This document shows, one piece after another, positions 51,656 through 62,415 of a DNA stretch of 64,000 nt. The DNA is from a virus, in the IMG/VR virus record IMGVR_UViG_3300028920_000032, positions 64,001 through 128,000 of that record; one strand, 5' to 3'. The notes beneath the pieces were generated by a model. The model did no database searches, was not told the origin of the DNA, and saw nothing but the letters and a program-made list of their open reading frames with translations. Numbering within the stretch: position 1 is the first letter of the stretch; each line of letters opens with the position of its first letter. Both the position numbers and the translations under genes were made by a program.

Positions 51656-52194
51656 TATCTTCTCCTTTTTCTGAATATAATAAACAAGGTCTTTGTCCAC
51701 CGCCTAAAATAAACCAACCAACTTCATCATGGTAACCTATACCAACTGAACCTCCTACTTTATCCATAAATTCTTTATTGTTAAAACACTTTAAAGACAG
51801 ATCAAATATTTTTGCATTCTTGTGGCATTTCTCTATAGTAATGTTTTAACTCATCCCAATCAATAAGAAAATGTTCTAACTTAAAAACATTAATCATATA
51901 CATTTGCCCTTTTTATATTGTATACTTTCTTAGAATGTTCAGTATTTTGTGAACATTATTATTTTATTTTAAAATCAAATTTAATAAAATCATCTTCTAA
52001 ATAAGCAGTCAGTGAATTAGGCATGTATTCAAAATCTTCACAGATTTCATCTCTTACTGCTGCTGAACAAACCATTTTTCTTTGTAAAGATCGATAGTAA
52101 TGATATTTACAATCTTTACAAGTATATCCACGCAACTTACATTTAAGGATTTCTTTCGAGTCCATATACTATAATATGCGATTTAAAAATTAGA

Positions 52195-52443
52195 TTATCG
52201 TTTACGCCTTTTTTTGTGTATTGATTTTCTCTTTTCTTTATCTTTTTTCTTGCGGTCGATTTTATGCATTAAATCTACTTTAGTTTGATGTTTAATTTGT
52301 GAAGGTTTAGTAAAATATTGTCTGTCTTTATATTCTTTAACAATACCTTCACGATCTATTAGTCTTTTAAAACGCTTTAATGCACTTTCAATATTTTCAC
52401 TTTTTCTAACTGTTACGCCTATTCCAGGTTTTGATTTACGAAT
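52195..52443 (-). CDS. rpsU: Ribosomal protein bS21 with non-AUG (ATT/ATC) start; not in ORF track
   Basis: VTVRKSENIESALKRFKRLIDREGIVKEYKDRQYFTKPS; AAGGAGG SD; in-frame TAG upstream and no ATG/GTG/TTG before the core. Confidence 0.85.
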   Translation of the reverse strand: MRKSKPGIGVTVRKSENIESALKRFKRLIDREGIVKEYKDRQYFTKPSQIKHQTKVDLMHKIDRKKKDKEKRKSIHKKRRKR

Positions 52444-52466
52444 GATGTTACCCTCCTTTATATTAA

Positions 52467-53279
52467 TTATGCCAGTCTAGCATATTCCCAGCTTTCTTCA
52501 CCACCACCTTGTGTGTTGACAGAAACTGTTAAACCAGCATCACCAGCTAATACATCATAAGCATTTCCTGCTGTTGCGACAGTAGCTTGAACTTTTGTAT
52601 TTGTTGGCAAAGTAGCTGAAAAATCTGCTTGAGCATCTAATGCAGCTCTAAGCTTAGTGGCAATGACACTGTCTGAATCGCTGGTATTCAAATTAACTTC
52701 AATTTCTGTTAATGTCTGGCCACCAGGACTTGCTGGATTTGGGTCAACTGAACTATTATCAACATCAAACCAAACATAAAAAGCTTCATCATCACTATAG
52801 ATAAAAAAGTATTTTCCAGAAATTGAAGAAGCAGTTGCATCAGAACATTCAATATCAATCACTTCTTGTGCATCTTCTGCAGTATGTGAAGTTTTACCAT
52901 CAATGAAAGCATAATACAATTTTCCATCTGGGCTATCTTCATCATATCTTGCAAAGTGTCTTTTTACCCAAGTAGCATTATCAGTACTTACTTCTATCTC
53001 AGTATCAATTGGAACTTGATCCCAATATACTAGAGTTGATATAAAATCTAACCATGATGCTCTTATGCCATATTCTACCATGCCCAATGTTTGATAGTCA
53101 TAATTTGGAACATCAGAATCTACTAATACTATATCAGTACCAGCAAGAGCAAGATTGTTCAAAGCTTCTGGATAATTATAAAATCCTTGAGCGTCTTCAC
53201 CAGAAAAACTTTTACATCCTGGAATGGATGTAAGTAAATATGCAGATTTTAATCTACCTGTATTATATGTTAAACTCAT
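52467..53279 (-). CDS. Acidic beta-rich protein, possibly virion structural
   Basis: Composition (D/T/A/S-rich); no catalytic motif seen. Confidence 0.45.
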   Translation of the reverse strand: MSLTYNTGRLKSAYLLTSIPGCKSFSGEDAQGFYNYPEALNNLALAGTDIVLVDSDVPNYDYQTLGMVEYGIRASWLDFISTLVYWDQVPIDTEIEVSTDNATWVKRHFARYDEDSPDGKLYYAFIDGKTSHTAEDAQEVIDIECSDATASSISGKYFFIYSDDEAFYVWFDVDNSSVDPNPASPGGQTLTEIEVNLNTSDSDSVIATKLRAALDAQADFSATLPTNTKVQATVATAGNAYDVLAGDAGLTVSVNTQGGGEESWEYARLA

Positions 53280-53575
53280 TATTCTTTCCTCTTAGAATTA
53301 TCTTTACGCCAACCAATACAATTATCAGCTATGGGGAACACTCTACAAATATATGGTCTAAATTTATAAATTTCACATAGATTATTTTTCATCAGAAATG
53401 GACATTTACCTACAAGTTTATACTTTAAGCCATGTCTGTCATATTCAATTATCCTATCATCAATATTTTCTCTACCTAAAATATTTAGAATAAATTTGAA
53501 CATTGCTATTTCTTTTTCAGTCAATGGAATGTCAATACAACAACTCCCACATTTTTTACATTTGAATTTTATCAT
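53279..53575 (-). CDS. YkgJ-family Zn/Fe-chelating protein
   Basis: CKKCGSCC...CPFL...C.IY..RP..CR.FP. Confidence 0.85.
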   Translation of the reverse strand: MIKFKCKKCGSCCIDIPLTEKEIAMFKFILNILGRENIDDRIIEYDRHGLKYKLVGKCPFLMKNNLCEIYKFRPYICRVFPIADNCIGWRKDNSKRKE

Positions 53576-53588
53576 TAAATTATCCTAT

Positions 53589-53663
53589 TGCCAGGAAAGA
53601 GATTCGAACTCTTACTGTACAGTTTTTGAAACTGTCGACTCCTACCAGTTGGTCTACCCTGGC
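53589..53663 (-). tRNA. tRNA-Leu(CAA), short variable loop, no CCA
   Basis: ACAGT-TT CAA AA-ACTGT; AGTTCGAATCT. Confidence 0.88.
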
Positions 53664-54897
53664 CTATCTTCCCTTCCACTCTAATTGATGTGGGACTTTT
53701 CTCGGAACTTGAACTCCAACTTCACATGAGAAATTACTTGTTGAAATATAAGAAAGATTACTACCGCGCTCATCCCAATATTTGCATGTAAATATTTTTG
53801 GAAATTTATAATTTTTCCTGTCTGGATGGCCGCATATTGTTTCACTAGTACCATCTTCATATGCATAGCGATCATAATATTCACAAGTGTCACATGTTGC
53901 ATTTCTAAGTAAATTCTTAGTTACTTTCTTTTTCATTAACATAATGCTCACAAATTAAAGAGTCTGGTAATACAGTTTCATCTGAATTAGCAGATTTCCA
54001 TAAACATATTGCCATCCCGAGATTTTTAGATATATAATATACACATGATTCGCATATAATATTCCTAAGAATTTTCTTAGTTCGTTCTTTTGAAGTTAAT
54101 TTTTTCTTTCTGAAATCTCTCATACCACTGTTCCAGATTTTTAAAATCTTCAGTATTTTTTAAGTGTTTTTTATATGATCTAATTAAAAAGTATTTAAAT
54201 ACTTTAATCTCAAAAGCTTGTTTACCTATATATTGAAATTGAGCATCACTATAAATATCTTGTACCCAATCACCTATTTTATAATCAGCTTTATTGTGTT
54301 CTATGATATCAACACATTTCATCACTAAGGTCATTGGTGACAAATTACTATTATCAATTTCACTAGCTCGAACTGATTGCCAAATATGAAAATTATCATG
54401 AAAATAATGACCTACTGGAATTTCTTTAAATCTGCAACGATCCCATGCTCTCATTTATTTTTCCTTTTAGTATAAAATATAGCTCCACATCTATTACACT
54501 TGCGTTTATTTGGTTCTACAAATGTAGTGTCACAACTATCACAATCTGGGCAACATATGTGATAACTTTTATTTATTGAAATCAATTAGTTTAACTCCTA
54601 ATATTTTTTGATTATTATAATCGCCATCAGTTTTGTCAACAATTATAGAAAATCTCTTCCCACATAGCACATCAGTTATTGTAGCCATTATTGACAAAGT
54701 GCTAATTCCTTCATCTTCTGAATCAAAAGCGGCTAAACCCAATTTAGGAAATTCTTTTTCTAACTCTCTTAATTCAGGCACTTTGTCGCCAAATGATATT
54801 AGTTTATTAAATTCGCCGTAAGTTATATTTTTAATTTTAAATAATTTATTAAGCATGTCTACTAAATATTTTTCTTTTTCTTCCATATTAACTCCTA

Positions 54898-54973
54898 TGC
54901 TCCAGACAGGACTCGAACCTGCACTAATTCATGACCTCAGCATGACGACTCCTACCAATTGGTCTACTGGAGC
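54898..54973 (-). tRNA. tRNA-Leu(GAG), short variable loop, no CCA
   Basis: TCATG-CT GAG GT-CATGA; GGTTCGAGTCC. Confidence 0.88.
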
Positions 54974-55102
54974 AAAACTATCTTTTTGATTTAGTTGTAG
55001 ATTTATATTTACAATTTTCAGGATTGCAATCTTTTCTACCACTAAATCTGTTTGTACATCCTCTATCTTTGTTATAATATATACAATTAATTCGTATTCT
55101 CA

Positions 55103-55654
55103 TTATATCATCCTAACTAAATCCCAATTATCATGCCTTGTTTCCATATATGCTTTTACTTGATCAAATGATACTGGAAAGAAATTGTGTAAATCAACAC
55201 ATACACTCATTGTTTTTCCAATAGCATGATCAGCTTGTGTTTTATTGTGATGATGACCAAATAAATGCCAGGCATTCCAATGAGAACAATTCCATGACGA
55301 CATCATATAATGACATAAAGTAATTTTCTGTTTGTTTATTTTAATGTCTTTTATCCACTGTACGCTGGCGCAATATTTTAATAACTCATCTTTTTTCCAC
55401 ATTTTTTTATCATGGTTTCCCCAAATAAAATGAAAGTGGATGTTTCTTGGAATCTTTTTTAAGAATTCTAAACCTACATTTCTATTAAAAGAAAGGTCAC
55501 CTAGAAAGTAAACTTGATCACCAGGTTTAGTCATGTGATACAAATTATAAATAATAGTATCATCCATAAACTCTACAGTTTCAAACGGACGTGAACAAAC
55601 TTGCATAACATGCTTGTGATTTAAATGCCAATCTGACGTAAACCAATAATTCAA
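55103..55654 (-). CDS. Calcineurin-like phosphoesterase
   Basis: SDWH..H, LGD, GNHD, LCHY, GHHH. Confidence 0.88.
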   Translation of the reverse strand: MNYWFTSDWHLNHKHVMQVCSRPFETVEFMDDTIIYNLYHMTKPGDQVYFLGDLSFNRNVGLEFLKKIPRNIHFHFIWGNHDKKMWKKDELLKYCASVQWIKDIKINKQKITLCHYMMSSWNCSHWNAWHLFGHHHNKTQADHAIGKTMSVCVDLHNFFPVSFDQVKAYMETRHDNWDLVRMI

Positions 55655-55993
55655 TTGCGACCTCCATATTTAATTGCGACTTTAAGGTAATAAACTTTTA
55701 TTTATCTGACCATAAAAGTCGTTTTTATCATTCTTTTTTAATGTTTCAAGAATATGTTCTGGAACACCTTCAGTCTCAACCATGCCATCATCATATATTT
55801 TTTTAGCTACTATATCTGGACTAATAACTAATTGCCAGCTATATATCCTGCTATCAGGTATATTATGCTTTTTTAATTCTTTCTTTGCTTTTTGTATTAG
55901 ATCAGCAAATTCAGTAAAAGTTAATTCATCATTATGTGCACATAAATCTATAGTTTTTTCTATCATTATAAACTCCCTAAATTAATTTTCTAG

Positions 55994-56066
55994 ACCCACC
56001 GACAGGATTCGAACCTGCGTTAAACTGTTTCGAAGACAGCTGCCTAATCCAATCAGCCACAGTGGG
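55994..56066 (-). tRNA. tRNA-Arg(TCG), no CCA
   Basis: GCTGT-CT TCG AA-ACAGT; GGTTCGAATCC. Confidence 0.88.
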
Positions 56067-56840
56067 TTAATCTGCAGAAGCTGTAAAAACAATCGGTAAA
56101 TAAGGTGCATATGCAATTTCTGCTTCTGCTTTGCTCCAATCTTTACAAGTATTATTTATATCACTTATATATTTTTTTGTTAAAAAGCAACGATATTCAT
56201 CTTTATAAGTGTTAATTTTCTCTGGTACTCTAATTGGAAGAAGTGGTGATTGTATTAAGTGTTTACAATTTTCACAAGTTTGATTTCTTAATAATTTTTT
56301 AGTTTTTTCTTTCTTAGTCACATTTTATACCCTGTAAGTGGAACAGTGATTATTTGATCAAAAGTGCTATCAGTAACATTAGAAGCATACATTGCAGCTG
56401 CTCTTAACCACACTTCACATGTTCCGTTAGCTGTAATTTTTCTAGTGCACTTTGGATAATAAAAACAATTTTCACAAGTTTGATTCTTTAATAGTTTTTT
56501 AGTTTTTTCTTTCTTTTTCATCGCTTAGTCCAATGATCACAAGTATCTTCACTACTAACTGGTTTAACTAAAAAAGCACAAATACCAACCTGTGGCATTG
56601 GCTTGTCTAATTCAATCATCCTAACAGAACTACAATTTTTACAACATTGATCTCTTAAAAGTTGTTTAGTTGTTTTTCTGCTCATCTTTTAGTCCAAAAA
56701 AAGCATGTGCCATGTTTATGATCTTGACCGACTGTACATTTAATTACTATTGGTTTACCAAAAATAGTAGTCAGAAGCGCATGATAACAATTAACACAAG
56801 TTTGATTTCTTAATAATTTTTTAGTCTTTTGTTTATCCAA
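56067..56840 (-). repeat. Tandem array of four paralogous TKxLLR-CxxC genes (56067-56321, 56318-56521, 56518-56685, 56682-56840)
   Basis: KTKKLLRNQTCENC-type N-termini; near-identical ~50-bp DNA at ~56265-56315 and ~56465-56515. Confidence 0.8.
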
Positions 56841-57026
56841 TTTCTGTCACCTGTACAAACCCATCTCCAAAGCGACAATAGCCTTCTTCTAAACAAGATT
56901 GTTTATATTCATCTGAGTAAGTGTTCCATGAAGGAATATGTTCTTCACATGCTTTCATAAACAACTTGTCTCTTTTAGATTTTGTCTTCTCTATATATCT
57001 TACTCGATTGCTTGATATCACAATTA

Positions 57027-57752
57027 TCAAAAACATAATATTTGTGAAACCTCATCACTCATGTCATTAACTTTATATGGTTCAACGCCATCGTTAGTAA
57101 CATGAAATAAACACATTGCAAATTTTGTATTCTTTGGAAAATAGTTTTCTTCAATTAAAATAGTTTTGTAAATATTTAATTGTAATGAATAATGCATAAA
57201 ATTACAGTCTTCTAAATGTTCCAGTGGATAATGCATATATTTATCCCATCCGTTATGCTTTTTAATCTCTGCATTAGTTTTCCAATCATAAATATAAACA
57301 GTATCTTTCTTCTGCATTAGTAAATCAATAGTTCCAGATATTCCTAATCTTTCTGAAAATATTATTACCTCGGTATTTAGAATTTTGTATTTTTTTAATA
57401 AATAGTCCATTATAGGAATTAATTCTTGGACACGTTTTAATGCTTCTTCATTTGTAAGTTGTGGTAATTTTTTATCCATCATATAAGCTTCAGCATATGC
57501 ATGAACTTGAGTACCTAAATCAAGAGAAGCTAATTTCTTCTCTTCCCAATTGTTTAGAACTTCTTCTTGTGTTATACCTTCTCTCTCGGCTATTCTTTTA
57601 GAATGTTTCTCTGCATCAAACTTTGGAGTAAAATTCTTAATAAATTTAGTACAACTCACAAGTTGTTGTTTAGTTTCTTCTACAAAATAAGTGTGAGAAT
57701 CTTCATCAAATATTACAGTATGTCCACTAGGGTTTTGTGCTTTTCTTGTCAT
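57027..57752 (-). CDS. PD-(D/E)xK exonuclease (Cas4/RecB-like)
   Basis: GT.VH, E, GTIDLL, IYDWKT, YSLQL..Y. Confidence 0.85.
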   Translation of the reverse strand: MTRKAQNPSGHTVIFDEDSHTYFVEETKQQLVSCTKFIKNFTPKFDAEKHSKRIAEREGITQEEVLNNWEEKKLASLDLGTQVHAYAEAYMMDKKLPQLTNEEALKRVQELIPIMDYLLKKYKILNTEVIIFSERLGISGTIDLLMQKKDTVYIYDWKTNAEIKKHNGWDKYMHYPLEHLEDCNFMHYSLQLNIYKTILIEENYFPKNTKFAMCLFHVTNDGVEPYKVNDMSDEVSQILCF

Positions 57753-58188
57753 AATAAATTAATTATGCTCTTGAATTTTTTGTTTGATGTTTTGAGTTCC
57801 ATACCACAATTCTTGAAATATACCTTTTAAACCTTTCTCTTCTAATTCAACTGTGCATTGATATGCAAATATAAGAAAACTAACTAATAATATTATTCCT
57901 ATAATTATTAATAAATATTTAATCATATTAATTCTCCATCTTTAAAATTGGCACATGAAAGAGCTTCATCTCTTTTAAATCATCTTTTTCATATTGTAGT
58001 CCTATGATACCTGTTTTTAAATTAATTTCATTGAAATAAAGTTTTAAACTTTAAATTGGGTAAAAACTTAAGAAAATATTCTGCAGCTTTTTTAAAACTA
58101 GAATATATTCTCATAGTTTGTTTTTCGTCTATAGTAGAATATATCATATACCCTTTCATATTAACCTCCAGTAAAAAATTATGGTAAT

Positions 58189-58701
58189 TCATTCAATCCA
58201 AACAGGTTTATATCTTAACGCTCTTTTTACTTCTGATATTTTGTATGCTTTATTTGGTCCTGAAATTGGGTCATGAATTAAATAATATCTGTTGTCTAAT
58301 ATACCAGTTATTATTATATAATGACCTCCACCATATGTATAGCCTCTACTAGAGATATATTTGGCATCAATTACAGCTAATACAACACCACTTCCATAAT
58401 AACAATCTAAATTCTTAAGAAATTTATAATCAATATAATATAATTGTAAAATAAATAAAAGTTCAAATATTCCAGTTGCACCATCTTCTGCTTTGTAACC
58501 AATTAGTTTTCTAGCATCTTCAACTGTAATATCAACGCCACTACGTTGAATTAGCATAGCTGCACATGCAGGACCACAATTCCCAACTCCAGTATCAATC
58601 TGAGATTTATACCAATTAGTTTCATCAAACAGTTTGATGTTATCTTCTGAAAAACTAAACGTGATCATTAAAAGTAGTATTATAATAAATAATTTATTCA
58701 T
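58189..58701 (-). CDS. Secreted C39-like cysteine peptidase
   Basis: Signal peptide; Q...NCGPACAAM, GHYIII.G, IHDP. Confidence 0.8.
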   Translation of the reverse strand: MNKLFIIILLLMITFSFSEDNIKLFDETNWYKSQIDTGVGNCGPACAAMLIQRSGVDITVEDARKLIGYKAEDGATGIFELLFILQLYYIDYKFLKNLDCYYGSGVVLAVIDAKYISSRGYTYGGGHYIIITGILDNRYYLIHDPISGPNKAYKISEVKRALRYKPVWIE

Positions 58702-59757
58702 AAATTATACTGATAATTTAGCTTTAGTAATTTCCTTACGAATCCTAGAATCTCTTGCTTTTACAAGCAAATCCCACAATTCTTCGGGAGACATCAATCT
58801 TATTCGAGTCTTGAACAATGGGCTGTCTGTAAACACATCAAAAAAATCATTCTCTTTTATAAATTCTTCAAAACCTATTTCATACCCCCTATTAATTTCT
58901 ACCATGTAGTCATCAAATCTTTCTTTTTTTCTATGCTTGTGTTCTACCCAATACATCAAAATTTTATTAAAAAGTTTACTCAAGCTGTTATATGTTTTTC
59001 CAATACTAGGATCTGCTAGTCCAAAATGTCGTTCTGCAAAAATAAATTTCATGATATCAACATTCCTTTCGTAAGAAATTTTTTACTTTTTTTATCAGTT
59101 TTTACTAATTGAATTATTTCTTCAGTCTTTAATTTTCTTTTCCTTAAATTAATATCGACTTCATAAACTAAAAAGTTATAATCACTACTATTTAAATAAT
59201 CTTCAAATCTGATGGGCACCCACTGAGAACACTGATCTTGACTGGCATAATGAAATTGTTGTCTATGATCAGTAATAGCTCGAACTCGTTTTTGATAAGC
59301 CTCAAAGATCCTAGAAGTTAAATTATAAACATCATCAACTACCATAAGAGAGTTTCTATATATTTTTTCATATTGATTTATAGCTGCAAATAGCCAAATT
59401 TTCATTCTTTTAACATTCCTTTCGTAAAATGCTTTTTACACTGTTCAGTATTTCGTAAAAGATCCATGGCTGCTTGTTGATTCAATTTCTTTTTTTTGCC
59501 ATTAACTTCAGCTTCAAATATTACAAAATCACTATAATTATTAACATAAGCAAAAAATGACATCGGTTTTTTATCCATCCAATTTTCTCTATTCCAACTA
59601 TTTTCTTGATGCCACTTAATTCTTTTTTCTTCTTTGGCATGAACTACTTTCCACCATTCGTATATTTGTTTGCCCATGTATTCTACATTATCAAACACTC
59701 TAAGTGGATTTACATTTATAGCATGTTTTGATCCAGTTTTAGTCATTAACCAAACTT

Positions 59758-60174
59758 TCATTTTTCTCTCCGGATTTTACCATTCGGTAAAATTATATAT
59801 ATTAATCGACTCTTTTTACGAGCTTTGCGTACTGTTGACCAAGTGCCAGATCGTTGCTTTTCTGTATAATCTTTTGGAGTAGCAATTAGCATATCACAAC
59901 TGTTTACAATATCCCAATTGCGTTCCATATAATCTGTTGGTGCAAATATAAATTCAGCATTTTTATATGCTCTCTTATGGTTAATAATTGGGGGATGTAT
60001 ATAAATTGGTATATTTAATTTTTCTACTATATCATGAAATTCAGCGTCAGCTCCAACACAGTCACCATGATGTGCTTCACACACATTTAATTCGTTTAAT
60101 AAATTTCTGAGGGAATCTTTTTGCTCATTAGTCATACCAACTTGAGTGCCAGTAAATCCTAATCTATAATGCAT
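59758..60174 (-). CDS. SLOG-superfamily nucleotide-binding protein
   Basis: GFTGT, HHGDCVGAD, RN, SGTWSTVR. Confidence 0.65.
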   Translation of the reverse strand: MHYRLGFTGTQVGMTNEQKDSLRNLLNELNVCEAHHGDCVGADAEFHDIVEKLNIPIYIHPPIINHKRAYKNAEFIFAPTDYMERNWDIVNSCDMLIATPKDYTEKQRSGTWSTVRKARKKSRLIYIILPNGKIRREK

Positions 60175-60175
60175 A

Positions 60176-60246
60176 TAGCTCTAACCGGATTTGAACCGAT
60201 GTGACTTGGTTGAGAACCAAGCAGCCTACCGCTAGCTGATAGAGCC
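60176..60246 (-). tRNA. tRNA-Glu(CTC), no CCA
   Basis: CTTGG-TT CTC AA-CCAAG; GGTTCAAATCC. Confidence 0.85.
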
Positions 60247-60397
60247 AGTTTTTCTTTTATGTCTAGTAATAAGTTTGATTGGAAAGTATACAATGGCAAG
60301 TAATGCAAATGGGATGGTAACACCAAATATAATATTGCCTATAAAAAATATTAATGCGTTTAAATTATAAACATCCATACTTTCTCCTTATTACAAA

Positions 60398-60423
60398 CTA
60401 GCCGGAACAAATATCCCGGCTAG
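60398..60423 (-). terminator. Hairpin terminator after basic protein
   Basis: CTAGCCGG...CCGGCTAG plus TTT. Confidence 0.6.
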
Positions 60424-60455
60424 CTAGTTAATAATATTTTTATTGTCTTTAATAA

Positions 60456-60677
60456 TTATGCTGCAACTTCAGCTGTCTTTGTTGCTTTTTCTTCTCTACG
60501 TTTTTTAGCATTTTCCTTAGCTTGGTTTCTAGCTTCGACAACTTCAGCTTCGGTAACACCAAGCTTTTCAGCTCGTCTTCGAAGGCGTCTTGCATAAGCT
60601 CGAGCCCTGCGAGCTGCTTTCTTTTCCTCAAGAGTTTTCTTTACTCGAGGAGTTTTTGTGGTAACTACGTCTGACAT
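60456..60677 (-). CDS. Small Arg/Lys/Ala-rich protein, probable nucleic-acid binder
   Basis: AAGGAGG SD; KKAARRARAYARRLRRRAEK; two tandem promoter motifs upstream. Confidence 0.7.
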   Translation of the reverse strand: MSDVVTTKTPRVKKTLEEKKAARRARAYARRLRRRAEKLGVTEAEVVEARNQAKENAKKRREEKATKTAEVAA

Positions 60678-60808
60678 ATATCCTCCTTATATCTAAATTA
60701 TATTCAACCCTCGAAGCTTTAAAATACTCCAGGTTGTTATTATAATTTATTATAAAGCAGTGTCGAAGCTATTTATGTTTGTGTGATTTTGCTATAGCTT
60801 CATCGATT

Positions 60809-61156
60809 TTATCTCTCTTTTGTATATTCAATCATTAGGTTTTCTTCTCTCATAGCTTCATCAACCAATCTATCTATTTCACTTTTGTCCATAAGTCTTT
60901 TTGCTGTTTCTATCTTTAACCATATTTTAAATTTTTTATTGTTAACTAATCTTCTAAAAGCATTTTTTAGGTTCTGTTCTCTACTTCTTTCCTCTTGCCC
61001 TGTAACTATTATTCCGGTTTCCGAATGTTTGATTCGACAACAATTTTGATGTTTATTTCTATGTTGACCGCCAGCACCTTTACCGGAAAACCAAGTTATT
61101 TTAAGATCTTTTTTGGTTATTGAAAACAACAGCTTTTTCATTCTTGTAATCCCCAT
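60809..61156 (-). CDS. Short GGQ release-factor-domain protein (ArfB/PrfH-like peptidyl-tRNA hydrolase)
   Basis: SGKGAGGQHRNK...RI.H..TG...ERS..QN...A..RL. Confidence 0.88.
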   Translation of the reverse strand: MGITRMKKLLFSITKKDLKITWFSGKGAGGQHRNKHQNCCRIKHSETGIIVTGQEERSREQNLKNAFRRLVNNKKFKIWLKIETAKRLMDKSEIDRLVDEAMREENLMIEYTKER

Positions 61157-61563
61157 TATAACTTCGAATCTTAAGATGATTCTGTTTTATCTATTAAACT
61201 ATAATAGCTCATTTTTTTAAATAATTCTTTGCCTACTTCTTTTCCATATTCTTCTATAACTTGCTCACCAGTTACTCTATTAAATATATTGATTTTAATT
61301 TGTAATTGAATATTAAGTGGAAGTTTTGAAGTGTCTATGGTAAACATTAAAAAAGAACTCTGTAAGTCTGAAAGTAAAGCATCTGTGTCTGAAAAAAACT
61401 CTGCAACCTTAGTTCTCTCTAAAAAAACTTCACTTAGAGATCTAAGCACTTTACCCTGAAATAATTGGCCGTCGATAAATGTTTGTATTATATAACCATC
61501 TTCTTCAGTATAATTTTTTACTTTTTTCTTTCTCATAAATTTATAAGTTTATCTTTATGTATT

Positions 61564-62400
61564 TTAAAACAATCTACTAGCTTTTGAATTCCAACTTGTA
61601 TATAAATGTCCATCTTCTTGGAAGATAAGGCTTCTTATGTCATCATTTTTATTAGAGTCTTGTACACAATAATTAAAATATGTAACTGAAAGATTATCTA
61701 AATCATATACTTGTGCACCATATGGAAGTGAACGTATTTTAAATCCACGATTATCTACTTCTTTCTTTAGCTCATCAATTAGACGAGAATAAAGCTCACT
61801 TATCACTGGTTGCAAAAGTCGTAATCTTTCTATTAGTTTCTTTTTAGGAACATGTAATGGTGCCACTATTTGTCTCAATGAAAACTGATCAATGTTTCCA
61901 GTCTGTTTCACAACTCTAAGAATCTTTTTAAAACTAATATCATCTGGTATAAGCCAAGATATATTTAGAGTAGCTCTTGTTGTTATATTTAAATCTTGTG
62001 CATGTTTAAACAATTCTTTAAAATCTTCAAAATCTTGTAAAGTATTAATTGAGATGGCTAAAACGTCTAGACCGTTATATTTTAAATTGTGTAGATATGA
62101 TAGATTTTTACTTAAAACTATACCGTTTGTTTGCAATTCGATCGGGTAATAGTCAAAAGCTTTCATTATGATATCTAATGCATATGCATTTATTGTGGGC
62201 TCACCTTTACCAGTTATTAGTACTGATGTTACACCAGCTGTTTGAGCTATATGTTTCACTTTGTCAAAATTACGTTTCATATATTCAATATCAGATGTTT
62301 TCATATAGCCGGTCATTTTAGATACACAAAAATTTTGACATTTATCTTTCATGTCACAACCTTTAAAAGGTACACAAATTGTTAAGTTGTTAGCTTGCAT
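61564..62400 (-). CDS. Radical SAM-like protein with atypical Cys spacing
   Basis: GCDMKDKCQNFC, ITGKGEP, LQTNG. Confidence 0.7.
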   Translation of the reverse strand: MQANNLTICVPFKGCDMKDKCQNFCVSKMTGYMKTSDIEYMKRNFDKVKHIAQTAGVTSVLITGKGEPTINAYALDIIMKAFDYYPIELQTNGIVLSKNLSYLHNLKYNGLDVLAISINTLQDFEDFKELFKHAQDLNITTRATLNISWLIPDDISFKKILRVVKQTGNIDQFSLRQIVAPLHVPKKKLIERLRLLQPVISELYSRLIDELKKEVDNRGFKIRSLPYGAQVYDLDNLSVTYFNYCVQDSNKNDDIRSLIFQEDGHLYTSWNSKASRLF

Positions 62401-62415
62401 ATAACTCCTTCCAAT

